Part shown: in pieces, positions 1 through 10,638 of the stretch
Position numbering within the stretch: the first letter of the stretch is position 1
How the letters are laid out: every line of letters starts with the position of its first letter
Assembly: GCA_900321605.1 (NCBI GenBank)
Contig: ONWR01000005.1
Span: 39,409 to 103,408 of the forward strand
Direction of reading: 5' to 3'
Source: an uncultured Bacteroidales bacterium
Lineage (GTDB): Bacteria > Bacteroidota > Bacteroidia > Bacteroidales > Paludibacteraceae
DNA: 64,000 nt
The notes under the pieces: generated by a model
Told to the model about the DNA's origin: nothing
The model's database searches: none
What the model saw: the letters and a program-made list of their open reading frames with translations, nothing else
Made by a program: the position numbers and the translations under genes

Positions 1-1800
1 GTACTGCCTGAGATACCAACAGGCTATGCGTTCCGCGGATGGTTCTATACGAACAACAAGAAAGCGCAGATCGGTGACCCTATCACCGGAAACACGACGA
101 TCCAAGCGAAAGTGACGCCGGTTGAGGTAGCTACCGTAGGAAGCGTGCAGACCTATAACTTCGCCGATATGACTTTCTATCCGGAGGATCACGAGACGGT
201 AGAGGTGAACGGCGGTGCATTCCATGATGGTACACACGGCTGGTATTTCGCAGCCGATGGCTCGATCCGCGTGCAGGTAGCAGGCAATGCAGTGGTAGTA
301 GTGACGCTTTGTAAGTATTCGGAGAGCGGCGACGTTAAAGTGATGGCAGGTGAGCAAGAGCTGGCTTCCTATTCCGTAGTGAAGGAAGAGACTCCGGATG
401 GCACAGAACTGACTGCTCAATACGCAGGTGAAGCAGGATGGTTGACCATCAATTGGACAGCTAAACAGTATATCCACAAAGTAGTGGTTTATAACGTGCT
501 TGATTTCATGGAAAAAGATCCGGAGACCGGTTATTTCGTAGTGCCGGCAGGTGACGTAGCTTCGTTCCTCATGGCTCTGGTACAAGCTCAAGCGGGCGAT
601 AAGATCTTCTTGCCGAATGGCACATATGACCTTGGCGAGACTGTTCTGACGACGATCAGTAAGAATAACATCTCTATTGTCGGTCAATCGATGGAAGGTA
701 CGATCATCAAGAATGCACCGGATGCAGCGAAAGAGTCTATCGACCAGACGGCTACGTTGAAGATCAATAAGAACGTATCGGGTACGTACCTGCAAGATCT
801 GACGCTGCAGAATGCATTGGATTACTATAAGAACGATAATGGTCGTGCAGTAGCTTTGTGGGATCAAGGTACGCAGACCGTTTGCAAGAACGTGAAGCTG
901 TTGAGTTATCAGGATACGTATTACAGCAACCTGCAAGGAGCTGTGAAGTATTTCGAGGATTGCGAGATTCACGGAACGGTGGACTTCATCTGCGGTGACG
1001 GTAGTGTGTATTTCAAGAATAACCTGCTGTACTGCGAGAAGCGTAAAAAGAACGGTGGTGGTAGCGATGCGTTGACTGCCAACAACGGTATTGCCAGCGA
1101 TGCGGGATACGTATTCGAGGGTTGTACGATTAAGAGTGAGTGTCCGGTTGTTTCGATGGGTCGTGCATGGAACAATACACCGAAATGCGCTTTCCTCAAT
1201 TCTCTCGTGGATTATAGTGCCGGTGAATTCAGTTTTGAGAGCAGCGACATCCAGCGTTGGACGAAGAAACTGATGAACCCGAACGCATGGCCTGTCTTCG
1301 GTGAGTATAACACGCATTTGGCAGATGGCACCGTACTGACACCGGCAAGCAATGTGGTGACTTTCGTGGACGAGAAGAGCGGTAACGCAACCCAAGATAT
1401 CGAGACCGTACTGAGTGCTGATCAGGCTGCGGCTTACACGATGGAAAGTACTTTAGGCGCATGGGCAAGTACCGCAGCCGAGGACGCTAAGCAGGCTGTT
1501 TGTGATCTGGAGAATATCGAGGACGATGCCGTTTACCTCGTAGAGGCGCCTAACGGAAATGCAGAACTGATGCTTGGTTCGAAACTGAAAGGCGAAGTAT
1601 TCCCTGAGGATTCCGGAATAACGGTTCGTAAGGCGAATGGTCGTGGTGGTTTCGGATTTCGTGCAGGCGAAGAACCCCAAGGCATTGAGAACGCGGCTTC
1701 TGCCAGTAATGAGCAAGTGAAGAAGATGATCCGTGACGGCAAAGTAGTGATCGTTCGCGGCGAGAAGGAATACAGTGCGTTTGGCCAAACGGTTAAATAA
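1..1800 (+). CDS. Pectinesterase (carbohydrate esterase family 8) domain protein, 5' end outside the window
   Basis: Frame 1 is open from nt 1; the listed ORF 112..1800 begins at an internal GTG. CE8-like blocks YQDTYY, GTVDFICGDG and MGRAWN are present. The N-terminal GYAFRGWFY resembles a Listeria-Bacteroides repeat. Confidence 0.8.
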   Translation, partial: VLPEIPTGYAFRGWFYTNNKKAQIGDPITGNTTIQAKVTPVEVATVGSVQTYNFADMTFYPEDHETVEVNGGAFHDGTHGWYFAADGSIRVQVAGNAVVVVTLCKYSESGDVKVMAGEQELASYSVVKEETPDGTELTAQYAGEAGWLTINWTAKQYIHKVVVYNVLDFMEKDPETGYFVVPAGDVASFLMALVQAQAGDKIFLPNGTYDLGETVLTTISKNNISIVGQSMEGTIIKNAPDAAKESIDQTATLKINKNVSGTYLQDLTLQNALDYYKNDNGRAVALWDQGTQTVCKNVKLLSYQDTYYSNLQGAVKYFEDCEIHGTVDFICGDGSVYFKNNLLYCEKRKKNGGGSDALTANNGIASDAGYVFEGCTIKSECPVVSMGRAWNNTPKCAFLNSLVDYSAGEFSFESSDIQRWTKKLMNPNAWPVFGEYNTHLADGTVLTPASNVVTFVDEKSGNATQDIETVLSADQAAAYTMESTLGAWASTAAEDAKQAVCDLENIEDDAVYLVEAPNGNAELMLGSKLKGEVFPEDSGITVRKANGRGGFGFRAGEEPQGIENAASASNEQVKKMIRDGKVVIVRGEKEYSAFGQTVK

Positions 1801-1844
1801 AACACACTGCTCATGGCTCTGAATGAGTATTAAAACAAATAATA

Positions 1845-3509
1845 ATGAACTGGTTAACAAATTTATTCTTTGGCACGGGCATAGCACATTCCATTTTTGT
1901 GCTTGCCCTTGCCATTGCTATCGGAATTTACTTGGGTGTAAAACTCAAGATTAAAGGTATTAGTTTGGGTATTACGTGGATCTTGTTCTGCGCGATTGCG
2001 TGTAGTCATTTTGGTATGACGCTTGATCCACTGGTGGAATCGTTTGCCAAGGATATTGGTCTTATCCTGTTTGTCTATTCCATAGGCTTGCAGGTCGGAC
2101 CGAGTTTCTTCTCATCCTTTGAGCACGGCGGTATGAAACTGAATCTGTTGGCAGCGAGCATTGTGCTTTTAGGCTGCGTGACGGCATATGTGATCCACGT
2201 GGTGAGCGGTGTGGACATCGCAACCATGACGGGTGTGCTTTTTGGAGCCGTAACGAACACGCCGGGTCTCGGAGCTGCACAACAGGCTTATCAGGACACG
2301 ATGGGTGTGTCTAATCCGGACATCGCATCGGGTTACGCGATGGCGTACCCCTTAGGCGTGGTGGGTATTATCTTCTCGCTGTTGCTCATCCGTTGGATCT
2401 TCCGCATCAAATTAGAGAAAGAGGAAGAGAAAGTACAGACCGAGAAAGGGGAAGAGCAGCATATCAAGACGATTGACATGCTACTGACGAATCCGCAGGT
2501 AGAAGGAATACGTGTGCGGGATCTCAAACTGCTGACGCATGTCAACCTCGTGGTGACGCGTATCATGAACTCGGAAGGCAATGAGTTTATGCCGGATGCT
2601 GACACCGTGCTGCATGTCGGTGACCGAGTGCGGTTTGTGGGAGACATGAAGAACGAACGTACCATCTTACTGCTTGGCGAAACGGAAGATGTGGCTTGGG
2701 AAGAAAAAGAGAAAGATGTGCATCTGGTGAACCGTCACATCTATGTGACCAGACGTAAGTACAACGGCAAACGTATCGGCGATCTGAAAGTGCGAGAGGC
2801 ATTCCAGATCACTATCAGCCGTGTTCGTCGTGCCGGAGTGGAGCTGTTGGCTACTTCGGATCTGCGTTTGCAAATAGGTGACCGTCTGACCGTAGTGGGT
2901 GAAGCGGAAGCCGTAGAGCGTGTGGCACAGTCCTTTGGTAACTCGACCAAGAAACTGGATGCGCCGAACTTGGCATCGCTTTTCTTTGGTATCATGCTGG
3001 GTGTGATATTGGGTTCGCTGCCGCTGATGCTTCCGGGGCTGAGTCAGCCGTTCAAGTTCGGTTTGGCAGGTGGTTCGCTGATTGTGGCAATCTTAATGGG
3101 TGCTTTCGGACCTAAGTATCACATGGTGACTTATACCACTTCGTCTGCCAACCTTATGATCCGCGAGATCGGTATCTCGCTGTTCTTGGCGGCTGTCGGA
3201 TTTGGAGCAGGTAAGAGTTTTATTCCGACCTTGTTGGGCGGAGGATACATGTGGATCGGCTATGGTGTATTGATCACGCTGTTGCCGTTGCTGATCATCG
3301 GCTTCATCGGTCGCAAATGGATGAAGTTCGATTATTTCACGCTGATGGGACTGATAGCAGGCTCAACGACCGACCCGCCGGCATTGGCTTATGCTACCTC
3401 GCAGAGTTCGGCGAATGACCGTGCTGCCGTAGCGTACTCAACGGTCTATCCGTTGACGATGTTCCTGCGTGTGTTAACAGGACAGTTGATGATCCTTCTC
3501 TTTATTTGA
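1845..3509 (+). CDS. Putative transporter, YidE/YbjL (AspT/AAE-like) family
   Basis: 554 aa. Hydrophobic N- and C-terminal membrane halves flank two central RCK_C/TrkA-C-like repeats (..VLHVGDRVRFVGD.. and ..LRLQIGDRLTVVGE..). Confidence 0.75.
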   Translation: MNWLTNLFFGTGIAHSIFVLALAIAIGIYLGVKLKIKGISLGITWILFCAIACSHFGMTLDPLVESFAKDIGLILFVYSIGLQVGPSFFSSFEHGGMKLNLLAASIVLLGCVTAYVIHVVSGVDIATMTGVLFGAVTNTPGLGAAQQAYQDTMGVSNPDIASGYAMAYPLGVVGIIFSLLLIRWIFRIKLEKEEEKVQTEKGEEQHIKTIDMLLTNPQVEGIRVRDLKLLTHVNLVVTRIMNSEGNEFMPDADTVLHVGDRVRFVGDMKNERTILLLGETEDVAWEEKEKDVHLVNRHIYVTRRKYNGKRIGDLKVREAFQITISRVRRAGVELLATSDLRLQIGDRLTVVGEAEAVERVAQSFGNSTKKLDAPNLASLFFGIMLGVILGSLPLMLPGLSQPFKFGLAGGSLIVAILMGAFGPKYHMVTYTTSSANLMIREIGISLFLAAVGFGAGKSFIPTLLGGGYMWIGYGVLITLLPLLIIGFIGRKWMKFDYFTLMGLIAGSTTDPPALAYATSQSSANDRAAVAYSTVYPLTMFLRVLTGQLMILLFI

Positions 3510-4879
3510 CATCGTTGAAAACGACCAATAAAGAAATATTGCGACTCGCTGTTCCGAGTATCTTGGCGAATGTAACTATCCCTTTGGTGGGAATAGTGGA
3601 CACCGCGATTGTGGGACACCTTAGTGACGCAGCTGCCATAGGCGGAATAGCCATCGGCACAATGCTCTTTGATTTGCTGTACTGGAACTTCGGTTTCCTC
3701 AGAGTCGGAACCAGCGGTTTGACTGCTCAAGCCTATGGAAAAGGACAAAAGGACGATGTACGATGTACCAAGATCCCTGAGGAGTGCGGAAAGATACTGA
3801 GGCAGAGCGTGACAATCGCCATGGTGGCAGCATTGGCTATCTGGGCGATACAATGGCTGTTTGTGACAGTTGTGTTGGCGCTTGTGCCTTGTTCGGACGA
3901 AGTGGCGTCGGTTGCACGTGAGTATTTCTATGTCCGTATATGGGCAGCTCCGGCAACCCTCTCGCTCTTCGCCCTCAAGGGATGGTTCATCGGCATGCAG
4001 GATACCCGTTCGCCCATGGCGGTGGATATCTTGGTAAACGTGGTGAATATGGCTGCCAGTTACTATCTGGCAGTCCATACTCCGCTCGGAGTAGTCGGGG
4101 TAGCATGGGGTACACTCATTGCGCAATATAGCGGACTGCTGTTAGCCGGAGTGATCGTGTTGAGCCATTATACAGGGCTGACCTTGTTCCGAGATTTGGA
4201 CGCTTGGAGAGCGGCTATGCGTTGGACGGAGATCAAACGGATGATGGCGCTCAACGGCAATCTGTTTATCCGCTCGCTATGCTTTATGGTGATCTATGTG
4301 GGGTTCACATCCATAGCGAGCCTGTACGGAGATACAGAATTAGCCGTGAGCAGTATTATCATGAAACTGTTTATGTTCTTCTCCTATTTCGTAGATGGTT
4401 TTGCCTATGCAGGCGAAGCGTTAGTGGGAAAAGCGTTTGGAGAGAACCTCTCCTCTGTCCTCCCCTCAAGGGAGGGAAATAAGTTGAAAGCTGTAGTGCG
4501 GACGCTCTTTAATTGGAGCATCGGCGTGGGCTTGGTTTTCACCGCCATATATGCCGTTTGGGGCGATGAATGCATGGCGTTGATGACGAATGATAGCGAT
4601 GTGCTCTTAGCCGCCGAGCAGTATATGGGATGGTTGATAGCGATGCCGATTGTCAGTGCCTTGGCGTTTATGTGGGACGGAATCTATGTGGGCGCTACCG
4701 CAGGTATACCGATTCGCAATGCGATGATCTGGGCGGCTGTTGCTTTTGTGGGCTTGTATGCAGCCACATTTCCGTTCTGTGGCACGCAGGCTTTGTATAT
4801 CGCCTATTTTGCCCATTTGGCGGCAAGGGTGATGTACCTTACAGGAAAATGGAAGACCGTTGAAAATAGCGGTATTTGA
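3506..4879 (+). CDS. MATE family efflux transporter
   Basis: 457 aa polytopic membrane protein with a MATE-like N-terminus (ILRLAVPSILANVTIPLVGIVDTAIVGHL). It overlaps the upstream gene by 4 nt. Confidence 0.8.
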   Translation: MTSLKTTNKEILRLAVPSILANVTIPLVGIVDTAIVGHLSDAAAIGGIAIGTMLFDLLYWNFGFLRVGTSGLTAQAYGKGQKDDVRCTKIPEECGKILRQSVTIAMVAALAIWAIQWLFVTVVLALVPCSDEVASVAREYFYVRIWAAPATLSLFALKGWFIGMQDTRSPMAVDILVNVVNMAASYYLAVHTPLGVVGVAWGTLIAQYSGLLLAGVIVLSHYTGLTLFRDLDAWRAAMRWTEIKRMMALNGNLFIRSLCFMVIYVGFTSIASLYGDTELAVSSIIMKLFMFFSYFVDGFAYAGEALVGKAFGENLSSVLPSREGNKLKAVVRTLFNWSIGVGLVFTAIYAVWGDECMALMTNDSDVLLAAEQYMGWLIAMPIVSALAFMWDGIYVGATAGIPIRNAMIWAAVAFVGLYAATFPFCGTQALYIAYFAHLAARVMYLTGKWKTVENSGI

Positions 4880-5411
4880 TCATATGGAGCAATGCACGGC
4901 GGAGGAAGTGCAACGGATGATCCCTCTCGTCAGTACGCAGCGACGCGAACAAGCGTTGCGGTACAAGCATCTGTTGGGGCTGTTTTGCTGCCTGAAGAGC
5001 TGGATGATGCTCCGTGAGATGAGTGGATTAGTGGGGGAGTGGAGCTATAATGAACACGGGAAACCGTATATACCCGACGGACCATATTTCTCGATTAGTC
5101 ATTGCAAGGAAGGAATAGCAGTGGCGATAGATGATGAGCCGGTGGGAATCGATATAGAGAGTATCCGTCGGGCAGATGAAGACCTTATAATACGCACGAT
5201 GTGCGCGCGCGAGCAGGAAGAGATCCGCTCAGCGCAAGATCCGGCACGAGCGTTTACCCGTCTTTGGACCCAGAAAGAGGCACTGGTCAAAGCCCAAGGA
5301 ATAGGCATCGTGTCGTTTGAACAACTGAGAGATGTTAGAATTAAGAATTCAGAGTTCCGCATTCAGACCGTAGAGAATGAGAAATATATTTATAGTATAG
5401 CACATAAATAA
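4860..5411 (+). CDS. 4'-phosphopantetheinyl transferase (Sfp-type)
   Basis: Motifs GIDIE and WTQKEALVKAQG. The start is a TTG and is uncertain; an alternative ATG lies at MEQCT. Confidence 0.75.
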   Translation: MKIAVFDHMEQCTAEEVQRMIPLVSTQRREQALRYKHLLGLFCCLKSWMMLREMSGLVGEWSYNEHGKPYIPDGPYFSISHCKEGIAVAIDDEPVGIDIESIRRADEDLIIRTMCAREQEEIRSAQDPARAFTRLWTQKEALVKAQGIGIVSFEQLRDVRIKNSEFRIQTVENEKYIYSIAHK

Positions 5412-5419
5412 ACAACTAT

Positions 5420-7147
5420 ATGGAAAATTACATTGTTTCGGCGCGTAAGTACCGTCCGCAGACCTTTGAGTCGGTGGTGGGTCAACAGGCGTTGACACAG
5501 ACGCTTCAGAACGCTATCCGTCAGAACCATCTGGCACATGCGTATCTGTTTTGTGGTCCGCGAGGAGTGGGCAAAACCACTTGTGCCCGTATCTTCGCAA
5601 AGACCATCAACTGTCTAAACCCGCAAAACGGGTACGATGCCTGCAACGAGTGTGAGTCGTGCAAAGCGTTCAACGAGCAACGGTCGTTCAATATTCATGA
5701 GTTAGATGCGGCGTCCAACAACTCGGTGGAAGACATCCGTTCGCTCATCGACCAAGTGCGCATTCCGCCGCAAATAGGTAAGTACTCCGTTTATATCATC
5801 GACGAGGTACATATGCTCTCTGCCGGTGCGTTCAATGCGCTGCTCAAGACCTTGGAAGAACCGCCTTCATATGCCATCTTCATTTTGGCTACGACCGAGA
5901 AGCACAAAGTGCTACCGACTATTCTGAGTCGTTGCCAAGTGTATGATTTCAACCGTATTACCGTGCCGGACACGATCGCTTATCTGCAATCCGTAGCGCA
6001 GAAAGAAGGGATCACCGTTAGCGAGGAGGCGCTCAATGTGGTGGCTCAGAAAGCCGATGGCGGAATGCGTGACGCGCTTTCTATCTTCGACCAGTTGGTC
6101 GCCTTCTGTGGCACAAATATTTCGTACGAGCAGACGATCTCGGTACTCAATGTGCTGAATGCGGATTATTACTTCTCGCTGGCGGACAATTCGCTTGCGC
6201 ATAATGTAGCGGCATCGCTGATGTTGTTCAACGATGTGCTTAATCATGGTTTTGATGCCGGACATTTTGTGACGGGCTTTGCGCAACATCTGCGTGACGT
6301 ATTGGTGAGCAAAGATCCGCAGACCTTGCCCTTGTTGGAAACCGGAGAGGCGATGAGACAGCGTTACGGAGAGCAAGCACAGCGGTGTCATCCCATTTGG
6401 CTTTTCCAAGCCTTGGATATCCTCAATACCTGTGACATCAATTACCGCACAGCGCGTAACAAACGTCTGACGGTCGAATTGGCACTCGTTAAGTTGTGCC
6501 AATTAGGTGTGGCTCAGACCGTTCCAGCGGCTCAGCCGAGTGCAGCTCCGCAATCGAATGCTGCTCCCCGGCAAGCGAAGCCGACGGTAGCTCCTCAACC
6601 GACTCAGGCGGCTAAACCGACCGTAGCTGTTCAGCCGAATCCGGCTCCGCAACCGGCGGCTCCACAAGCTGCTCCTTCGATTCCCAAGATGCCGAGCATC
6701 AGCCTGGGACTTGGTATAAAGAAAGAAGCACCTTCAGCTGCTCCGCAAACTACCGGTGCTCAGCCCCAGACCGAGGAGGATCAGAACCGCCCTTTTACAG
6801 TTGACCAACTCAGAGACGCGTGGGTTGGTCTGGCTGCTACTCACAAGGAGGAACCGCGTCTTAAAGAGTTGATAGAGAACTACACGCCGAAGTTGGTAGA
6901 TTCCGTGACGGCAGAAATACAGATGCCGAATCCTTGGCAGATGGCTGAGATGCGCAAAGCGCTGCCGGGACTAATGAGCCAGTTGCGCCAAACGCTGCAT
7001 AATAACCATCTGCAGCTACAGTTGGTTCAGGCGGAATTCAGCCAAGAGCAGATGGCTTTTACGGCGGAAGAGAAATATAAACTGATGGCAGAGCAGAACC
7101 CTGCTTTGGTACAACTCAAAGAGCGTTTGGATCTGCAGATAGACTAA
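5420..7147 (+). CDS. dnaX: DNA polymerase III subunit gamma/tau
   Basis: The N-terminus has YRPQTFESVVGQ, the Walker A GPRGVGKTT, a Zn module CNECESC and DEVHML. A long P/A/Q-rich linker follows. Confidence 0.92.
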   Translation: MENYIVSARKYRPQTFESVVGQQALTQTLQNAIRQNHLAHAYLFCGPRGVGKTTCARIFAKTINCLNPQNGYDACNECESCKAFNEQRSFNIHELDAASNNSVEDIRSLIDQVRIPPQIGKYSVYIIDEVHMLSAGAFNALLKTLEEPPSYAIFILATTEKHKVLPTILSRCQVYDFNRITVPDTIAYLQSVAQKEGITVSEEALNVVAQKADGGMRDALSIFDQLVAFCGTNISYEQTISVLNVLNADYYFSLADNSLAHNVAASLMLFNDVLNHGFDAGHFVTGFAQHLRDVLVSKDPQTLPLLETGEAMRQRYGEQAQRCHPIWLFQALDILNTCDINYRTARNKRLTVELALVKLCQLGVAQTVPAAQPSAAPQSNAAPRQAKPTVAPQPTQAAKPTVAVQPNPAPQPAAPQAAPSIPKMPSISLGLGIKKEAPSAAPQTTGAQPQTEEDQNRPFTVDQLRDAWVGLAATHKEEPRLKELIENYTPKLVDSVTAEIQMPNPWQMAEMRKALPGLMSQLRQTLHNNHLQLQLVQAEFSQEQMAFTAEEKYKLMAEQNPALVQLKERLDLQID

Positions 7148-7149
7148 AC

Positions 7150-8901
7150 ATGGCAGACTTGCTCAAATACTTGCCCACGACCCGAAAAGAAACGGATCTG
7201 AGAGGGTGGGATGAAGTGGACATCGTCTTCTTCACGGGTGACGCGTATATCGATCATCCGTCTTTTGGAGCCGCTGTCTTAGGGCGGGTATTAGAGGCAG
7301 CAGGATTCCGCGTAGCCATCGTTCCTCAACCGGATTGGCATGGAGACTTCCGTGATTTCAAGAAGTTCGGTCGTCCGCGTCTGTATTTTGCGGTGTCAGC
7401 CGGTAGCATGGACTCGATGGTAAACCATTATACGGCGGCTCGCAGAAGACGTTCGGATGATGCCTATACGCCGGAAGGCAAACCCGGAGCAAGACCGGAT
7501 TATTGTACAATCACGTATTGCCAAATCCTCAAACAGATCTATCCGGATGTGCCGGTGGTAATAGGTGGTATTGAGGCATCGATGCGGCGGTTGACCCATT
7601 ATGACTACTGGCAGGACAAACTGATGCCCTCTATCTTGGTGGACAGCAGAGCAGACTTGTTGGTGTACGGCATGGGCGAGCAGGCGATGACGGAGATTGC
7701 GCAGAGAATTCAAAATAAAAAGAATGATTCTTTGCATTCCGTTCCGCAGACAGCATTCTTGACTTCCGATAAGACCGAGATACCCGAGGGCGCTATTATG
7801 TTAGCGAGCCATGAAGAGGCGTTGCGGGACAAACGCAAACATGCCGAGAACTTCCGTCTGATGGAGATCGAGTCCAACAAGATTCATCAGACAACACTCG
7901 TACAGCCGGTCGGCAAACAATGGGTGGTAGTCAATCCTTCTTATCCGCCTATTACTACGGAGCAGTTGGATGCCATCTATGATTTGCCTTACCAATATAC
8001 GCCTCATCCCAAATACAAAGACAAGCATATTCCGGCCTATGAGATGATCAAATGGTCGGTGTGCATGCATAGAGGCTGTTTCGGTGGTTGCTCGTTCTGT
8101 ACGATCTCGGCTCACCAAGGCAAGCAGATCGTGAGTCGGTCGAAGGAATCGATTTTGCGACAGATAGAGCGGTTGAGCCAATTACCGGATTGGCATGGCG
8201 TCATCTCGGATCTCGGAGGACCATCGGCTAACATGTATATGATGCACGGCAAGGACATGAGCCTTTGTGAGAAATGCGCACGAGCCAGTTGCCTGCAACC
8301 GAATATATGCAAGAATCTGAATCAGGATTTCGGTCCTGTGATCGATATCTACAAGACGGTGGATAAGTTGCCCTATGTCAAGCACGCCTTTGTGGGCTCC
8401 GGAATACGCTATGATCTGATGAGTGAGGAGTATGCGCGGCAACTGATCACACGTCATGTATCGGGAAGGCTGAAAGTGGCACCTGAGCATTGTTCGGACA
8501 GCGTACTGAAGATGATGCGAAAGCCCAGTTGGAGTAATTATCTGCGCTTTAGGGAACTGTTTATGCGCCTCAATACGGAAGCAGGACTCAACCAGCAACT
8601 GATCCCGTATTTCATCTCCTCTCACCCGGGATGTACAAAGCAGGACATGCAGCAGTTGGCGGACGAAACCAAACGAATGCACTACCGTCCGGAACAAGTG
8701 CAGGACTTCACGCCAACACCGATGACGCTATCCACGACGATGTTCTATACCGGCATCAATCCGTACACAGGCGAACCCGTTTATGTGGCACGAACACCGG
8801 AAGAGAAGAAACAACAGAATCAGTATTTTTTCTGGTACAAAGATACCAAAACACCCTATAAACCCAAACCGCACTACAATAAACCCACTAACCGACACTA
8901 A
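7150..8901 (+). CDS. YgiQ family radical SAM protein
   Basis: 583 aa with the CxxxCxxC cluster motif CFGGCSFC. The N-terminal FTGDAYIDHPSFG block is typical of UPF0313/YgiQ. Confidence 0.85.
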   Translation: MADLLKYLPTTRKETDLRGWDEVDIVFFTGDAYIDHPSFGAAVLGRVLEAAGFRVAIVPQPDWHGDFRDFKKFGRPRLYFAVSAGSMDSMVNHYTAARRRRSDDAYTPEGKPGARPDYCTITYCQILKQIYPDVPVVIGGIEASMRRLTHYDYWQDKLMPSILVDSRADLLVYGMGEQAMTEIAQRIQNKKNDSLHSVPQTAFLTSDKTEIPEGAIMLASHEEALRDKRKHAENFRLMEIESNKIHQTTLVQPVGKQWVVVNPSYPPITTEQLDAIYDLPYQYTPHPKYKDKHIPAYEMIKWSVCMHRGCFGGCSFCTISAHQGKQIVSRSKESILRQIERLSQLPDWHGVISDLGGPSANMYMMHGKDMSLCEKCARASCLQPNICKNLNQDFGPVIDIYKTVDKLPYVKHAFVGSGIRYDLMSEEYARQLITRHVSGRLKVAPEHCSDSVLKMMRKPSWSNYLRFRELFMRLNTEAGLNQQLIPYFISSHPGCTKQDMQQLADETKRMHYRPEQVQDFTPTPMTLSTTMFYTGINPYTGEPVYVARTPEEKKQQNQYFFWYKDTKTPYKPKPHYNKPTNRH

Positions 8902-8903
8902 TT

Positions 8904-9869
8904 ATGGCAAAAAAATATCGTATAAACCCGGACACGCTGCAATTAGAGCGTATTGAGCACGGCTTCCGTTATTGGATTCGCCGTTCAGGAGGTTATATCT
9001 TGGGAGGTGTATGCCTCGGTGTGATCTTCTTCTATACTTTTTTGTACTTCTTCCCATCGCCTCGAGAGGCATCTTTGATGCAGTATAATCGCAACCTCAC
9101 GGCGCAAATGGAAGTATTGGAGAAACAGGTGGATCAGATGCAAATTATCGTGTCCGACCTTTCGCAGAGGGACGACAATCTCTACCGTGCTATCTTAGGA
9201 GCAGAGCCGATTCCCATGAGCGCGCGTATGGGAGCCGCACAACAGGTGTCCTATTATGACTCCTTGGCACGAATGACCAATACGCAGTTAGCGTCTGATA
9301 TCCAGCGTAAGGTAGATATCTTGGAGAAAGAGCTGTATGTTCAGACACGCTCTTATGAAGAGATCTTGGAGTTGGCGAAGAACCAAGAGGTGCGCATGGA
9401 GAATATCCCGGCTATTCAGCCTGTGCTGAACAAAGACCTCAAACGAATGGCATCGGGTTACGGATGGCGTGTCGATCCGGTCTATCATATCCGCCGTTTC
9501 CACGAAGGAATGGACTTCTCCGCTCCTGTAGGCACTGATATCTATGCAACGGGAAACGGAGTCGTGACTTTTGCCGGATGGAAACAAGGTTACGGCGAGA
9601 CCATTGAGATAGATCATGGTTTCGGCTATGCTACCCGTTATGCTCATTGCCACAAGATCTTTGCGAGAGTGGGGAAGAAGGTCAAACGAGGCGATGTCAT
9701 CGCTCTGGTGGGTAATACCGGTAAATCAACAGGTCCGCACGTCCATTACGAGGTACATTACAACGGCAAGCCCATTGACCCGCGTAATTTCTATTTCTAC
9801 GATCTGAGTCCGGAAGACTACGACAAGATGGTTCAACTATCCTCCAATATGGGTAAGATGATGGACTAA
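8904..9869 (+). CDS. M23 family metallopeptidase
   Basis: N-terminal TM segment and a coiled-coil. The LytM motifs HEGMDF and GPHVHYEV are present. Confidence 0.85.
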   Translation: MAKKYRINPDTLQLERIEHGFRYWIRRSGGYILGGVCLGVIFFYTFLYFFPSPREASLMQYNRNLTAQMEVLEKQVDQMQIIVSDLSQRDDNLYRAILGAEPIPMSARMGAAQQVSYYDSLARMTNTQLASDIQRKVDILEKELYVQTRSYEEILELAKNQEVRMENIPAIQPVLNKDLKRMASGYGWRVDPVYHIRRFHEGMDFSAPVGTDIYATGNGVVTFAGWKQGYGETIEIDHGFGYATRYAHCHKIFARVGKKVKRGDVIALVGNTGKSTGPHVHYEVHYNGKPIDPRNFYFYDLSPEDYDKMVQLSSNMGKMMD

Positions 9870-9893
9870 ACAAGACCGATGATAGACAAAAAG

Positions 9894-9916
9894 AAAATCG
9901 CCGCTCGGCGATTTTT
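9894..9916. terminator. Bidirectional intrinsic terminator hairpin between convergent genes
   Basis: AAAATCGCC-GCTC-GGCGATTTT is a 9-bp stem with A/T runs on both sides. Confidence 0.7.
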
Positions 9917-9920
9917 CTTT

Positions 9921-10622
9921 TTATCCCAAACGGGATATATGTTCCAATTCCTTTTCGTTAAGAATCTTAATCCTTCTGCCGTTAATGGCAATCAGCCCTT
10001 CTTGTGCAAACTGACTAAGGGTGCGAATGGCGTTGCTGGTGGTCATATTACTCATATTAGCAAGGTCTTCTCGCGGAAGCAACATCGCTAAGGTCGTGCC
10101 ATCGTTCTCAAATCCGTAGTTCTTGAGAAGCAGCAAAAGGCTCTCTGCCAAACGCCCACGAATATGTTTCTGAGTGAGGTTAACGGTCTGAATCTCCGCA
10201 ATCGCTAAGTCCTTTGCCATGGTCTGCATCACTTGGTAGCAGAACGTTCCGTTGGTTCGAAGCAGATGAATGAATGCCTCTCTTGGTAAGCGGTACGCCA
10301 CGCTTTCCTCGAACGCATTGGCACTTGAATTATAGGGTTCTCCGGCTATGCAGGCACGGTAGCCAAAGATGTCATGGGGCTTGAGCAAACGAATGATCTG
10401 TTGGCGTTGACCTATTCCTTCTTTGTAAATACGCACCTTGCCGCGCAATAGGAGCCAAGCGTATATGGATTCGTCTCCGGCATGGTGAATGATTTCATTT
10501 TTGACGAATCGTACTACTTTGGCGTGTTCTAAGACATAGGCACGCTCTTCCTCTGTAAGCGAGGCCCATATGGGACTTGCATCCCTTATGGGGAGAAGTG
10601 ATTCATTTTCTGGTAGTTTCAT
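9921..10622 (-). CDS. Crp/Fnr family transcriptional regulator
   Basis: cNMP-binding-like N-domain and C-terminal HTH (MSNMTTSNAIRTLSQF). The start is moved to ATG 10622 (MKLPENE) because the listed 10742 start overlaps the upstream protease gene. Confidence 0.8.
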   Translation of the reverse strand: MKLPENESLLPIRDASPIWASLTEEERAYVLEHAKVVRFVKNEIIHHAGDESIYAWLLLRGKVRIYKEGIGQRQQIIRLLKPHDIFGYRACIAGEPYNSSANAFEESVAYRLPREAFIHLLRTNGTFCYQVMQTMAKDLAIAEIQTVNLTQKHIRGRLAESLLLLLKNYGFENDGTTLAMLLPREDLANMSNMTTSNAIRTLSQFAQEGLIAINGRRIKILNEKELEHISRLG

Positions 10623-10638
10623 TGGGCATATTTTGTTT

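Noticed and set aside
5420-7147. Programmed -1 frameshift site in dnaX (A AAA AAG type), as in E. coli gamma/tau.
   Set aside because: I found no slippery heptamer in the gene. The P/A/Q-rich linker is ordinary for tau.
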